From Haliotis rufescens (taxonomy: Eukaryota), in contig NW_025963879.1 of NCBI RefSeq assembly GCF_023055435.1, positions 4,092,001 to 4,156,000 of the forward strand: a stretch of DNA of 64,000 bases, read 5' to 3'. This document shows, piece by piece, positions 23,591 through 36,248 of this stretch. The notes below the pieces were generated by a model. It had not been told where the DNA came from and searched no databases. It saw only the letters and a list, made by a program, of their open reading frames with translations. The first letter of the stretch is position 1. Each line of letters starts with the position of its first letter. The translations under genes were made by a program, and so were the position numbers.

Positions 23591-26500
23591 TGTAACAACA
23601 AGTACCATTAACGTCTTTTCGTATGATGCGGCCGTGGATCGATCGCCCGATCTTCTACGCATGCTCTCGGGGCAGACGCTCTACCATAAGACCACGGTCG
23701 CGGTCCTTTGTCTTTGAAGCCATTGAGACCTTACATATTCAGGCTATTTCACAACCATGCATACAGCCTACTTCCTATACCTCAACACGATTCGGTTAAC
23801 TGGATGAATAAGCGTAGACACACATGACCACTACAAAAGTGATGTATTCGACAAGAGTGAAGCTCCCTGTATTATTGGCTTATTAGATTTTGATAACCTT
23901 TGTCCGTGATGTCTCATTAGTTTCCATCCTCTGTGTGCTACCTCCTACTACTCTACAACTATTGAATAGGTTATCTGCTGTACTTGCAGGGACCGACACG
24001 ACCGCTACTTCTCTGACCTGTCTTCTCCTGTTCCTTCTCCATCACCCGGATGTACAGACCAAGCTGCACACTGAGTTAATGGAGGTTGTGGGGCCAGGGC
24101 GTCTGGCCAATCTGTCGGACAAACAGAACATGCCCTACACTCAGGCCACACTATGGGAACTCTTAAGGATCATTGGCCATGTGCCCCTTTCTGTTCCACA
24201 CTACACCCTCTCAGACACTAGCATACAGGGGAAACATGTTCCTGCAAATACAACAGTGAGTTCCTTGCTCATGTAACAACATACTTTTCCTGTTATAACC
24301 AACCTGACACCAGTCAGACAAGGCGACTGCCTTTGCAATTGAAGATTTTAGTTTTGTAAGTTGTTTAACGCCGCACTCAGCAACATTCCACCTATATGTT
24401 CGCGGCCTGTAAATATTCGAGTCTGGACCAGTGATTGACATCATGAGCATAGATCAACGCGATTGGGACCGATGACATGCATCAACCAAGTCAGCGTGTC
24501 TGACCACCCGATCTCGTTAGTCGCCTCTTACGACAAGGATAGTCGCCTTTTACGACAAGCATGGGTTGCTTTATAGACCTATTCTACCCGGGATCTTCAC
24601 GGGTCGCAATTGAAGAAATTAGCTAAACCGAATATGATGCAATTGAAGAAAATAGCTACACCGAATATGATTGTGTCTCCTTTACCCATTCCTGACCATG
24701 TGATTACTTTACCCATTTCTTGCCATGTATCTCCTTTACCCATTCCTTGCCATGTCTCTCCTTTACCGAATTCCTTGCCATGTGTCTCCTTCATTCCTTG
24801 CCATGTATTCCTTTTCCCATTCCTGACCATGTATCTCCTTAACCAATTCCTTGCCATGTCTCTCCTTTACCCATTCCTTGCCATGTCTCTCCTTTACCCA
24901 TCCCTTGCCATGTGTCTCCTTTACCCATAACTTGCCATGTATTCCTTTACCCATTCCTGACCATGTATCTCCTTAACCAATTCCTTGCCATGTCTCTCCT
25001 TTACCCATCCCTTGCCATGTGTCTCCTTTACCGAATTCCTTGCCATGTATTCCTTTACCCATTCCTTGCCATGTATCTCCTTTACCCATTCCTTGCCATG
25101 TATTCCTTTACCCATTCCTTGCCATGTATCTCCTTTACCCATTCCTTGCCATGTCTCTCCTTTACCCATCCCTTGCCATGTGTCTCCTTTACCCATTCCT
25201 TGCCATGTATTCCTTTACCCATTCCTGACCATGTATCTCCTTAACCAATTCCTTGCCATGTGTCTCCTTTACCGATTCCTTGCCATGTCTTTCCTTTAAC
25301 CATTCCTTGCCATGTCTTTCCTTTAACCATTCCTTGCCATGTCTCTCCTTTACCCATTCCTTGCTATGTCTCTCCTTTACCAATCCCTTGCCATGTGTCT
25401 CCTTTACCCATCCCTTGCCATATGTCTCCTTTACCCATTCTTTGCCATGTCTCTCCTTTACCCATCCCTTGCCATGTCTCTCCTTTACCCATTCTTTGAC
25501 ATGTATCTCCTTAACCCATTCCTTGCCATGTATCTCCTTTTACCATTATTTGCCATGTATCTCCTTTACCAATTTCTTGCCATGTCTCTCCTTTACCCAT
25601 TCCTTGACATGTCTCTCCTTTACCCATTCCTTGCCATTTCTCCCCTTTACCCATTCTTTGCCATGTGTCTCCTTTACCCCTTCTTTGACATGTGTCTCCT
25701 TTACCCATTTCTTCTCATGTATCTCCTTTACCCATTCCTTGCCATGTCTCTCCTTTACCCATTCTTTGACATGTATCTCCTTTACCCATTCCTCGCTATG
25801 TATCTCCTTTATCCATTCCTTGCCATGTATCTCCTTTACCCATTCCTTGCCATGTCTCTCCTTTACCCATCCCTTGCCATGTGTCTCCTTTACCCATTCC
25901 TTGCCATGTATTCCTTTACCCATTCCTGACCATGTATCTCCTTAACCAATTCCTTGCCATGTGTCTCCTTTACCCATTCCTTGCCATGTATTCCTTTACC
26001 CATTCCTTGCCATGTCTCTCCTTTACCCATTCCTTGCCATGTCTCTCCTTTACCCATTCCTTGCCATGTGTCTCCTTTACCCATCCCTTGCCATGTGTCT
26101 CCTTTACCCATCCCTTGCCATGTGTCTCCTTAACCCATTCTTTGACATGTCTCTCCTTTACCCATCCCTTGCCATGTCTCTCCTTTACCCATTCCTTGCC
26201 ATGTATCTCCTTTACCCATTATTTGCCATGTATCTCCTTTACCTATCCCTTGCCATGTATTCCTTTACCCATTCCTTGCCATGTCTCTCCTTTACCCATT
26301 CCTTGCCATGTCTCTCCTTTACCCATCCCTTGCCATGTATCTCCTTTACCCATTCTTTGACATGTATCTCCTTTACCCATTCCTTGCTATGTATCTCCTT
26401 AACCCATTCTTTGCCATGTCTCTCCTTAGCCCATTCCTTGCCTTGTATCTCCTTAACCCATTCTTTGCCATGTCTCTCCTTTACCCATTCCTTGCCAAGT

Positions 26501-29124
26501 GTCTCCTTTACCCATTCCTTGCCAAGTGTCTCCTTTACCCATCTTTGCCATGTGTCTCCTTTACCTATTCCGTGCCATGTGACTCCTTAACCCATTCCTT
26601 GCCATGTCTCTCCTTTACCAATTCCTTGCCATGTGTCTCCTTTACCCATTCCTTGCCATGTGTCTCCTTTACCCATTCCGTGCCATGTGTCTCCTTTACC
26701 CATCCCTTGCCATGTGTCTCCTTTACCCATCCCTTGCCATGTCTCTCCTTTACCCATTCCTTGCCATGTGTCTCCTTTACCCATTCCTTGCCAAGTGTCT
26801 CCTTTACCCATTCCTTGCCAAGTGTCTCCTTTACCCATCTTTGCCATGTGTCTCCTTTACCTATTCCGTGCCATGTGACTCCTTAACCCATTCCTTGCCA
26901 TGTCTCTCCTTTACCAATTCCTTGCCATGTGTCTCCTTTACCCATTCCTTGCCATGTGTCTCCTTTACCCATTCCGTGCCATGTGTCTCCTTTACCCATC
27001 CCTTGCCATGTGTCTCCTTTACCCATCCCTTGCCATGTGTCTCCTTTACCCATTCCTTGCCATGTATTCCTTTACCCATTCCTGACCATGTATCTCCTTA
27101 ACCAATTCCTTGCTATGTGTCTCCTTTACCCATTCCTTGCCATGTCTTTCCTTTAACCATTCCTTGCCATGTGTCTCCTTTACCAATTCCTTGCCATGTC
27201 TCTCCTTTACCCATTCCGTGCCATGTGTCTCCTTTACCCATCTTTGCCATGTATCTCCTTAACCAATTCCTTGCCATGTGTCTCCTTTACCCATTCCTTG
27301 CCATGTCTTTCCTTTAACCATTCCTTGCCATGTCTCTCCTTTACCCATTCCTTGCCAGGTCTCTCCTTTACCCATTCCTTGCCATGTGTCTCCTTTACTC
27401 ATCCCTTGCCATGTGTCTCCTTTACACATTCCTTGCCATATGTCTCCTTTACCCATTCCTGACCATGTATCTCCTTAACCAATTCCTTGCCATGTCTCTC
27501 CTTTACCCATCCCTTGCCATGTGTCTCCTTTACCCATTCCTTGCCATGTATTCCTTTACCCATTCCTTGCCATGTATCTCCTTTACCCATTCCTTGCCAT
27601 GTATTCCTTTACCCATTCCTTGCCATGTATCTCCTTTACCCATTCCTTGCCATGTCTCTCCTTTACCCATCCCTTGCCATGTGTCTCCTTTACCCATTCC
27701 TTGCCATGTATTCCTTTACCCATTCCTGACCATGTATCTCCTTAACCAATTCCTTGCCATGTGTCTCCTTTACCCATTCCTTGCCATGTCTTTCCTTTAA
27801 CCATTCCTTGCCATGTCTCTCCTTTACTCATTCCTTGCCATGTCTCTCCTTTACCCATTCCTTGCCATGTGTCTCCTTTACCCATCCCTTGCCATGTGTC
27901 TCCTTTACCCATCCCTTGCCATATGTCTCCTTTACCCATTCTTTGCCATGTCTCTCCTTTACCCATCCCTTGCCATGTCTCTCCTTTACCCATTCCTTGC
28001 CATGTGTCTCCTTTACCCATTCCTTGCCATGTGTCTCCTTTACCCATCCCTTGCCATGTGTCTTCTTAACCCATTCCTTGTTATCAAAGGTGCTTAAAAC
28101 CGGGTTTCATTTTTAAAATGAGTGATCACCACGAAGACCAACTCTCGGTGGTGACAAAGTATAATATTACGCCTTGGCAGTCTGGTGGTAGGTCTTTGTT
28201 ATCCATAACCTTTGTTATCCGGTGTCATGGTTTTACACATGTTTTCACGTGTCTGTCATATTGAAAAATGCGGTTCGCTTCCTGACTCACCTAATTTGTG
28301 CTGAAGGTATACATTAACCTATGGGCCCTGCTACATGACGCCACCTTCTGGGAGAGTCCGTGGGAGTTCCGCCCTGAGAGGTTCCTAGACAGTACCCATA
28401 GACTCCTGCCACCTAGTCACCCATCCAGACGCAGGTAATTTGCTTGTGTGTTTCATCGTCCTATGTATTCCTGCGGATGGAACTCTGATAGCCATCGAAT
28501 GTTCTGCCTAGCATGATCAGCATAATGGCTCCGATATTTGACGATCTGTTCACTTGATCCCTGTGGGGAATCTGGTGCAGGTTCCCAGGGTTCCATACTA
28601 TCGGGACCAATTACGAGATGAGGTTGATTGTGCCCGTTAATGAAGCTATGAAATAATTCAAAATTCACAAAAGTTCCTGTGACATTGAATAAGATTTAAT
28701 GCAAAGTTATGTTTTTACCCTTTTCACGAACGCCTGGTGTCAGCACTGATTTTCAGTGATCCATTCATATAATCTTTCACCCCTATTTTGCCCATTTATA
28801 CTAAATATTGGTAAGAAGTTTGCATTCAGTATGGATGGAAAGGAATGGATGCCAGATTGGGTGCGTGTGTTCTGTATGTTTTTGTGTTTTCTTTACTTCA
28901 GAATGTTGGCATTTGGGGCTGGTCGCAGGGTTTGTCTAGGAGAGGCAATGGCCAAGAACAGACTCTTCTTGTTCGTGACAGCGTTGATCCAGAACTTCCA
29001 GTTTGAGCCAGTAGAGGGCGAGTCCTTACCAGATGCCGACCCTCGGACCTTTGAGATGGGGCTTGTGCTTCACCCTCACAAGTTCAAGTTGTGTGCTAAG
29101 TCAAGACGTTCCTCGCCCCTATAA
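21542..29124 (+). CDS. Cytochrome P450, clan 2 (CYP17/CYP21/CYP1-like), 6 coding exons, 499 aa
   Basis: Exons 21542-22096, 22527-22736, 23352-23469, 23990-24255, 28307-28434 and 28902-29124. All introns are GT-AG with consistent phases, total 1500 nt. N-terminal TM anchor, LPFIGN, FAGRP, I-helix AGTDTT, ELLR, PERF, heme motif [10 protein letters not shown]. Confidence 0.95.
23537..23705 (-). mobile_element. Truncated tRNA-derived SINE (Meta-domain type) with (CA)n tail, in CYP intron 3
   Basis: Reverse complement matches 57938-58050 (..CATACGAAAAGACGTTAATGGTACTTGTTG). Confidence 0.65.
24346..24605 (-). mobile_element. Bipartite non-autonomous non-LTR retroposon, copy 2, in CYP intron 4
   Basis: 11-bp TSD GCAATTGAAGA (24335-24345 and 24606-24616). 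Homologous to 2715-2977. Confidence 0.85.
24672..28082. repeat. 27-bp minisatellite array (~3.4 kb) in CYP intron 4
   Basis: Unit CCCATTCCTTGCCATGTGTCTCCTTTA with 25/26-bp variants. It accounts for all the repetitive ORFs in this region. Confidence 0.98.
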
Positions 29125-29877
29125 ACACAGGAAGTCAGCTAGCGATCAAATCTTCTCAGTTCAGCATTGCAATGGACAACTTATATGTTGGAGATTGCCT
29201 CCATTTAAGAAGTAAAACTGTAGTGTTCACAATATATGAACTAAGGTGAACAAAGGAAACCAATACAAAGTATATGTCTCATTCTGAGGCTGAGGTTCTA
29301 TCAAACAGTGAAATGTGCATTTCTGGGTAAAGACGATGATTGCCTACAGTTGAATATTGGCCTCCTCTGTACAAGGCATTGTACAGGTCAACATGTTTAT
29401 GCGAGTTCGATAAAACAGAAAATCAGTTATGACTTTTTAGTGTTTTTTTATTGTGTTTGTGAATTTGTACGTGTCTCTATACGCCAGACACCACAGACAA
29501 GGGACACTTTAAATGGGCTGCACTCGATTTGTTCACCTAGAGAACCAAACTTGAACCATCATAAATGATACATTTCTACATGTAAGCACATAGCATGATT
29601 AAACAGACTGACGGTAGTTGATGCAAGACGATTGCAAGTTGGCGCTCTTCCGAAAGGAGTTACTACAGACAGGAACCCAATCAAATTCGCCCCAGTACTC
29701 CATGCTTGTAATAACAAAATGTAGACGGGATGACAATGTGTCAACAACTGGTTGTTGTAATCATTGGACACTGCTCAATGAATAACTGGTTTCCTTCTGT
29801 CCAGACTGACTTCTTCCAGTCTCTCACCAATCGGATATCCTCTTTGATCACATAGCTCTGACCAATGGTCAAGATGA

Positions 29878-30029
29878 ATATGGTTTTACGCCACTTTTAG
29901 CAATATTCCAGCAATACCACGGCGGGGGATACCAGGAATGGGCTTCACACATTGTACCCATGTAGGGAACGAACCCGGGTCTTCGGCGTGACGAGTGAGC
30001 GCTTTAATCTTTAGCTACTCCACTGCCCC
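29878..30029 (-). mobile_element. Short tRNA-derived SINE with I/Nimb-type 3' end
   Basis: GGGGCAGTGGAGTAGC..GGTTCGTTCCC (A/B box-like), then GCTGGAATATTGCTAAAAGTGGCGTAAAACCA. Homologous to 51003-51094. Confidence 0.8.
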
Positions 30030-30688
30030 GTGAATACGAGAATTACTGAATGCAAAGGGTATGTATAAAGAATGACAACCATAGTGTAAAGGTTTGGGTT
30101 TGTAGTTTCTGGCCGCTGCACGTCCTTACATTGAACAAAACTGTGAACCAAGGAGTATTTGCGTTCTGACTATTTACTAAAACAATCATCACCATAAGGT
30201 TCGCCGGTTTCTGATTGGAAAACGTTTGAAGCGAGTGCAAAATACACATAGTAAAATAAGTTCACATTTAGTCAAGTGGCAGGGTCAACCTTTTATAAAA
30301 TAATATTCACGTTTGACCTCTTTCAACTTGGAAAAGGAATCAGGAACACTACCGACACTGTATGAAGAGATTATGCAGTCTTAATACTGTTTGTCAACAG
30401 CAAGCTTGTGTCAATTATTGATGACTTACAGGGGTTCATTGTCACGAAGCTCGATAACAGACTCGACTTGGTGTGGTGTGCGGGGTCTCGGGGGCCTCCA
30501 GTCCGACACCTGTACAAACTGCCGTTCCGTGCGAGACGATATAATGCTGTAACTCACAAGGCAGTGAGGGGTTTTCCGATTCCCGGACCCGAGTCTTTCC
30601 AGACATGCCCGCACTGTCGCTCGGGCATACAAGAATTAACACAACGCCTGGTTTCAGGTCTTTGAAAGGCATTTAGAAGTGATACACA

Positions 30689-30810
30689 TAAGGAAGAGAA
30701 TGTATGGATGTCAACTTCGGAGTATATGCTTACTCCTTCATCAGGTGATTCTGGCAGCAAGCAGGAGTGAGCATATACAAGAAGTTGACATCCATACATT
30801 CTCTTCCTTA
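30689..30810. repeat. Isolated hairpin / foldback (~48-bp stem)
   Basis: TAAGGAAGAGAATGTATGGATGTCAACTTC and its exact reverse complement, plus an inner imperfect stem. Confidence 0.9.
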
Positions 30811-31052
30811 ACGACTGGTTTGATGCATAAGATTCATTCAGTCCACGCACAACAGAACCAAATGGACATGTCAGGCTAGTTATGGAATAGACAAGTTGAG
30901 GCAAGCGACACACGCCCGCTTCGGCCAACACCACCTGAGGGGGACTTGTTAAAAAGCTTATCACTTGATTGTCCTATATTTTTGTCGTGATGGGACAATC
31001 CAGTCCCCGGTCATGACTTGGCTGTTGTCGACCGATACACACCAGGTTTAAC

Positions 31053-32392
31053 TATACTGAACTACAAAAGTTCCTGTGACATTGAATAAGATTTAAAGCA
31101 AGGTTTGTTTTTTACCAAATCTGAAACAATTTAGGTTTGCAACAGATAAAAAAAAACTCCTGTAAGTGTTCAAATGGTTTAATTTGCCATCCTGACTTCA
31201 GATAATGCGTGATTTCATAAAAAAAACACATGAACATGCCAAAATGTCAATTTACAAATCAATAGCGTGTGTCCACCTCTGGTTGCGATGCAAGCAACAC
31301 ATCTTAGTCTCATGGAATGGACCAAGCGTCGCACAAAGTCTTGTGGGATATCTGTCCATATCTGCTGGAGCATGTTTCGAAGTTCCTGGAGTGTCTCTAA
31401 AACACGTGCTTGGACGTCGAAGGCGCCGATCCATCTCATCCCACATGTGCTCGATTGGTGAGAGATCAGGGGAGCGAGCCGGCCAGGGGATAACATTCAC
31501 GTTGTTTTGTTGAAGAGAGCAATATGAGGCCGGGCGTTGTCATGTTGAAAGGTAATGCCTGGGCCATGACGACGCAAAAACGGTAGAACAACAGGGCCGA
31601 TGATCTCATCGCGGTAGCACTGTCCATTGAGATTTGAGAAAACGAGACTCGTCAGTGAATAGAACTTGTCCCCACTGCATGGCCGTCCAGCGTAGACGCG
31701 TAGTCTGCACCACTGTAGACGTGCTTGACGGTGATTTCCTATCAAAATGGGACGTCTGGCGGGTCTTCTTGCGAGAATGCCTGCACATTTGAGGCGACGA
31801 CGTACGGTTTGTGAAGATATTCGTCGAAGGCCAGGGATGCTTCTTGCAGTCACTGTTGCTGGCTGGAATCGATTTCGTAGGCGTGTTGTTCGAATCCAGT
31901 TGTCTTGTCGATTATTGGTTACGCGTGGCCTGCCACTCCGAGGATGGTCTCTGACTGCATTCGTCTGTTGCCAACGTTGCCATAACAAATGGTGTTTCTG
32001 TTGACGTTAAATTGTCTTGCAACATCACGTTGACTCGATCCTGCTTCAAGCATAACAATGGCTCGCAGACGCTCATTTTCTGACAGGCGTGGCATTTCGT
32101 AATGTTGAATAATTGCGTCATTTTGTTGTTTTTTCTGAGTGGTTGTTGTCAGCATGTTGCTAAACAATGCATATGAAATCCCGTTGACGCACGTTTTAAT
32201 ACCCATTTTGGGCAAGTGAAATGCATGGGGCTTGCATAAAAGTCAACTTTTGCATGGAATGCATGCTTTTCCGTAGCAGTTGCGTTTTTGTGACTTCATT
32301 CCATACATGTACTACAATATTGAAAACCAAACTTTACTTGTTTGAAAAATACACTAAAATATTGGTGTCACGGGAACTTTTGTTGTTGAGTA
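31053..32392 (-). mobile_element. Degenerate Tc1-like transposon
   Basis: Imperfect TIRs (CAAAAGTTCCTGTGACA / TGTCACGGGAACTTTTG). Peptides MPRLSENERLRAI, RSGRPRVT, VLFTDESRF, FQHDNARPH and WPARSPDLSPIEHMWD. A solo terminus copy lies at ~28666-28720. Confidence 0.9.
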
Positions 32393-32587
32393 TATATATT
32401 TATTCCGAAGTTACATAATGCATCTTTCAATACATATTAATTAATACATCTCCTCGACTTGAAGGTCGTGATTCACAATTTGCACGTGCATGTTCATGCA
32501 CGGCGCACAATTTGGATGTTTGCGTGTTTGTTGGGGGTATGATATTCACACACGTTTTTTGGTTTAAGCGTTAAAACCGCTTACGCA

Positions 32588-33400
32588 ATGCCAAGGCTTG
32601 CTGAAAATCAACGTCTACGCGCCGTGGGTATGCTGCAAACAGGAATGGCGCAAAAAAAAGTTATTTTAATGTTCATATTATCTCTTTGGAGACGTTATTT
32701 ATTGCAGGGCAACACTCTTGACTTGCAATGGGACGGTAGTCCACGTGTGACGTCACTTCAACAAGACAATTATATTCGGTTGGTGCATCTGTGGAATGGG
32801 TACCCAACTGCCACATAAAGAGCTCGGACAATTCCTGGGTTGAGACCAAACAGAGGCAGAACAGTACGCAGCCGATTGAGGGATCACAACATCCGTCTCC
32901 AGCGTTCAGCGATGTGTCCAATTTTGCTTCCATGTCGCCGTCAGCAATGCCTAGCTTGTTGCAGACAACATGTGAGGTTCAGAAGACAAGACCGGAACAG
33001 CAGACTGTTTACAGATGATTCCAGGTTTTGAATGTGCACAGCACACAATGCTTGTTGGGGTTATCAAGTGCTCATAAAAATACTTTTGTTAAACCGTAAA
33101 TGACACTTACCCGATGCCACGACTTGCTGAAAATAAACGTTTACACACTGTGGGTATGCTGAAAACAGGTCCAGGTTTCCTCTTGACAGCTCTGATGCTC
33201 GTGCAAGGGTCTGTCTACAAGCGTCCAGGAGAACGTTTTAGCAATGCTTGCGTTACTCAATGCCGTCAGTTTGGGGTGGAAGTCTACTGGTATGGGGTGG
33301 CATCACAGCTCGTTTTAGGACATGTCGATCGGTCTCCTTTTACCAGGTATGGTTTTCTCAATGAATTGGTTATGATAAATCATTGGTCAGGCGAATGACC
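32588..33400 (+). pseudogene. Tc1-like transposase remnants (second family, rearranged)
   Basis: MPRLAENQRLRAVGMLQTG (occurs twice), GSPRVTS, TVRSRLR, LFTDDSRF. Confidence 0.8.
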
Positions 33401-34336
33401 AAATATTATGTTATTTTAATTAACAATACATTTATACCACTTTATATGAAGTGCAGTTATTTTTTTCTGCTAGTATATGAAGACTAACACAGTCTCTGTG
33501 GAATCTCAGCAAAATATAAAAATGCTCAGATGTAGCTTGGGACCAGGACCGAATGCGTCATTCAATGAGAAATGCTTGTACCTGCTCGTTGCAGATTCAT
33601 TTGATTCATTTGATTCATTCTGTGATACTTTGGAAATATACCCTCTTTTCTCAAATTCAGAGATTACCTGCCTGGGTAAAGCATTTGTCTTTGTTAAACA
33701 TTGTTTCAGTGCTGACAAGTCTTTGGAATGCCATGTCATGGTTATATGGCACCTCATTTCCATGGTAATCCTTCCTAGTAACGATTCTTCCTAAACACTA
33801 GTTGTTGCGCAGTGGAACTGAATATTTGAGCGCGGTTTAACTTAAAATGAAAACTAATCTAAAATTTGTATGACTAACCTTTTTTGAATGAAACCAGGAA
33901 CTAAACGTGATAACCTATTAAAAACTATGAAGATCTATAAGGAACTAAACGTGATTACCTGTTATTATGTGAAGGAAAGATGAATAAACCTCAAATGAAA
34001 GAAATTAAATGCTAATTCTAACAGTTACTCATAAGAGAGTCTTAACACTGTCTAACGCCATGTCTAACGCCATGTCTAACACCATCTGTCTAACCATCTC
34101 TGACCATCTCTGACCATCTAACTAACGAACTCTCTAACGAACTCTGACCAACTAACTAACCGATGCGCGCTACCGCCTTATATTTGCTCACAACCCTCAC
34201 ATTTCACGTGCAGTCACAGCCATACTTTGGTGTGTTCAGGCGATGCGATCGTTATGCATCGGGTGCGTTTTGGAGAACAGATTCTTTATTTAAAACTAAC
34301 ACGAGTGCACGTGAAGCGCGATCTATAGGCTCCGGG

Positions 34337-36097
34337 AGTTCGGTCTTGACTGCCGTCGAGTTCGGACATCTTTTGCTTCTCAGCAACTTGTCTAGTGTTA
34401 TACAGCACACTTGACTGTTTATGATACTTCCTCTTTGGTTCTTTTGGCTTTTGATTTCTCTTGTGTTGGAGTGCATTCAACCTTTTCATTTCTATTTGGT
34501 GTTTGCTGATTGTTACAGTCAGTTGTTGGGGATTGTCCTCGACAATGGCTGACAACAGAATGGAATGTGAGGAAGGATTTAAAGTGGTGGCTTCAGGGAG
34601 GAAGCGAATCGGCCGTATTCCAGATGGTACTTCTAAAAAAGCCTGTGTTGCCAAGCAACCAAATACTGTCCCTCCTACTGCAAGGTCTGATCTTACTTTT
34701 GTCTTTGATGAGCCAGCGCGGGTCAAATCAACCACTGTTATCTTCAAAGCCGATGTAGATGAATATGATGATGGTTCACCGACCCTCTGTCAACTTATGA
34801 CACAGCGTGCTTTGGCTAGAGCCTTGGCTAAGATCACTACAGAAATAGTCAGTGTTAAGCGGATGGCCAGGGGAGATGTTAGTGTCACTGCAAAAACCGT
34901 TGAGGCTGCCAAAACACTTTTGCAAGTCACAGAACTTGATGAACATTTTGTCACCCCTCATGAGCCTGAATCCTTAATGAGAACACGTGGAGTCATCTAT
35001 GGTATTGATCTGGATATTGAGATGAATGAAATTGAGGACGAGTTGAAACCTGTGTTACCTCTAATGTGCTCTGCTGTGCGTCTGACTCGTGGGCCTGATA
35101 AAGTTCCCACCAAATCTGTTCTTCTTACATTTACTGGCCAGTCTTTACCGGATCATGTTGTCATTTTCTTCCAGAGATTTCCAATCCGGATATATGTTCC
35201 TCCTGCTCTTCGATGCTTCAAGTGTCAGTCCTTTGGGCATGTCTCTGCTAAGTGTAGAAGCACTCATCATGTGTGCGCTAAATGTGGAGGGAAGCACAAA
35301 TACGAGGAGTGCAATGAAAGTTCCCTTAAATGTAAGAACTGTGGTGGTGCACACTCTGCGGCATATAAAGGTTGCATTAAATACCAGGAAGCTGTCCAGA
35401 TTCAGAAAGTCCGAGTGGAGGGTAAGTTGTCTTATTCTCAGGCTGTTCGACAGGTGCGTGGAGATTTTGATGTCGCTCAGGTTCCAGCAGTCCCTAAACC
35501 ACCTCCTGCAGCTAAACCACTGTCTCAGGTTGTTACAATTTTAGATGTTGTGTCTTCTCCAGTCATGGTGTCTGCTAGTACTCAGACTGAGACTCTTGAA
35601 GTTGAATGTCAGACTGATCCTGTTGTTGACATCATGCCTGAATCATCTTGCAAACCTCTATTTAACAATGTCTCTCCTGTTGACTTTCTCAACTTTGTTA
35701 TTTGTATAGTTGCTAATCTTGGCACTACTCGTGCATTCAAGTCTGATGGTCTTCAGACGATAGCGTCAGCTGCCCAGTCCCTCTTGGGGTTAAGATTGTC
35801 CCCTGATGATCTGACGAGCATGGTTAAGGGTCAACAATGGAAGTCTTAATCCATCCTTCTTATGGATCTCTTGATGCTAGATCACTCAGTGCTAACGGTC
35901 CAGGATTTAAAGTTTGTATTAAGTTTTGACCCAGATGTTTTGTCTTCAGGAGACATTCTTAACTCCTAACCTAAAGCGTGTGGCAGTTTCAATACTATAT
36001 GAACTATCTAGGTACTTAGCAAACCTTTATTATGGGCAAGGTGTACATGGGCCTAGTTGCCCGAACACCTATAAAACTTTCTAAAAAAAATCAATCA
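34337..36097 (+). mobile_element. ORF1-only non-autonomous non-LTR element inserted in the BEL LTR
   Basis: 16-bp TSD ATCTATAGGCTCCGGG (34321-34336 and 36098-36113), 3' hairpin and A8(TCAA)n tail. Only a decayed stub of ORF2 remains. Confidence 0.92.
34545..35849 (+). CDS. LINE ORF1-type gag-like zinc-knuckle protein (434 aa)
   Basis: YVPPALRCFKCQSFGHVSAKC, CAKCGGKH..C, CKNCGGAHSAAYKGC. Open frame starting at ACAATGG. Confidence 0.9.
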   Translation: MADNRMECEEGFKVVASGRKRIGRIPDGTSKKACVAKQPNTVPPTARSDLTFVFDEPARVKSTTVIFKADVDEYDDGSPTLCQLMTQRALARALAKITTEIVSVKRMARGDVSVTAKTVEAAKTLLQVTELDEHFVTPHEPESLMRTRGVIYGIDLDIEMNEIEDELKPVLPLMCSAVRLTRGPDKVPTKSVLLTFTGQSLPDHVVIFFQRFPIRIYVPPALRCFKCQSFGHVSAKCRSTHHVCAKCGGKHKYEECNESSLKCKNCGGAHSAAYKGCIKYQEAVQIQKVRVEGKLSYSQAVRQVRGDFDVAQVPAVPKPPPAAKPLSQVVTILDVVSSPVMVSASTQTETLEVECQTDPVVDIMPESSCKPLFNNVSPVDFLNFVICIVANLGTTRAFKSDGLQTIASAAQSLLGLRLSPDDLTSMVKGQQWKS

Positions 36098-36248
36098 ATC
36101 TATAGGCTCCGGGTGCGTTTTAGAGCTCAGTTTTAATGAATAGACATGTCTATCATGAAAACCGACTAAACTTAGAAGAAACTGAAAGGAAACTGAATCT
36201 ATGAGTATGTACATTTGTTGCTGTTATCCAATTTGACAATTTCAGAAC

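Noticed and set aside
24597-28116. Dozens of repetitive ORFs ([18 protein letters not shown] etc.)
   Set aside because: These are translations of the 27-bp minisatellite inside a CYP intron, with frequent frame breaks.
33477-33800. Possible decayed coding sequence interrupted by the BEL element (continuing at 41217-41800)
   Set aside because: No motif I can recognise; needs a translated homology search.
34163-34414. Duplicated small ORF (also at 40997-41293)
   Set aside because: It lies in the two LTR copies; LTR identity explains the duplication.
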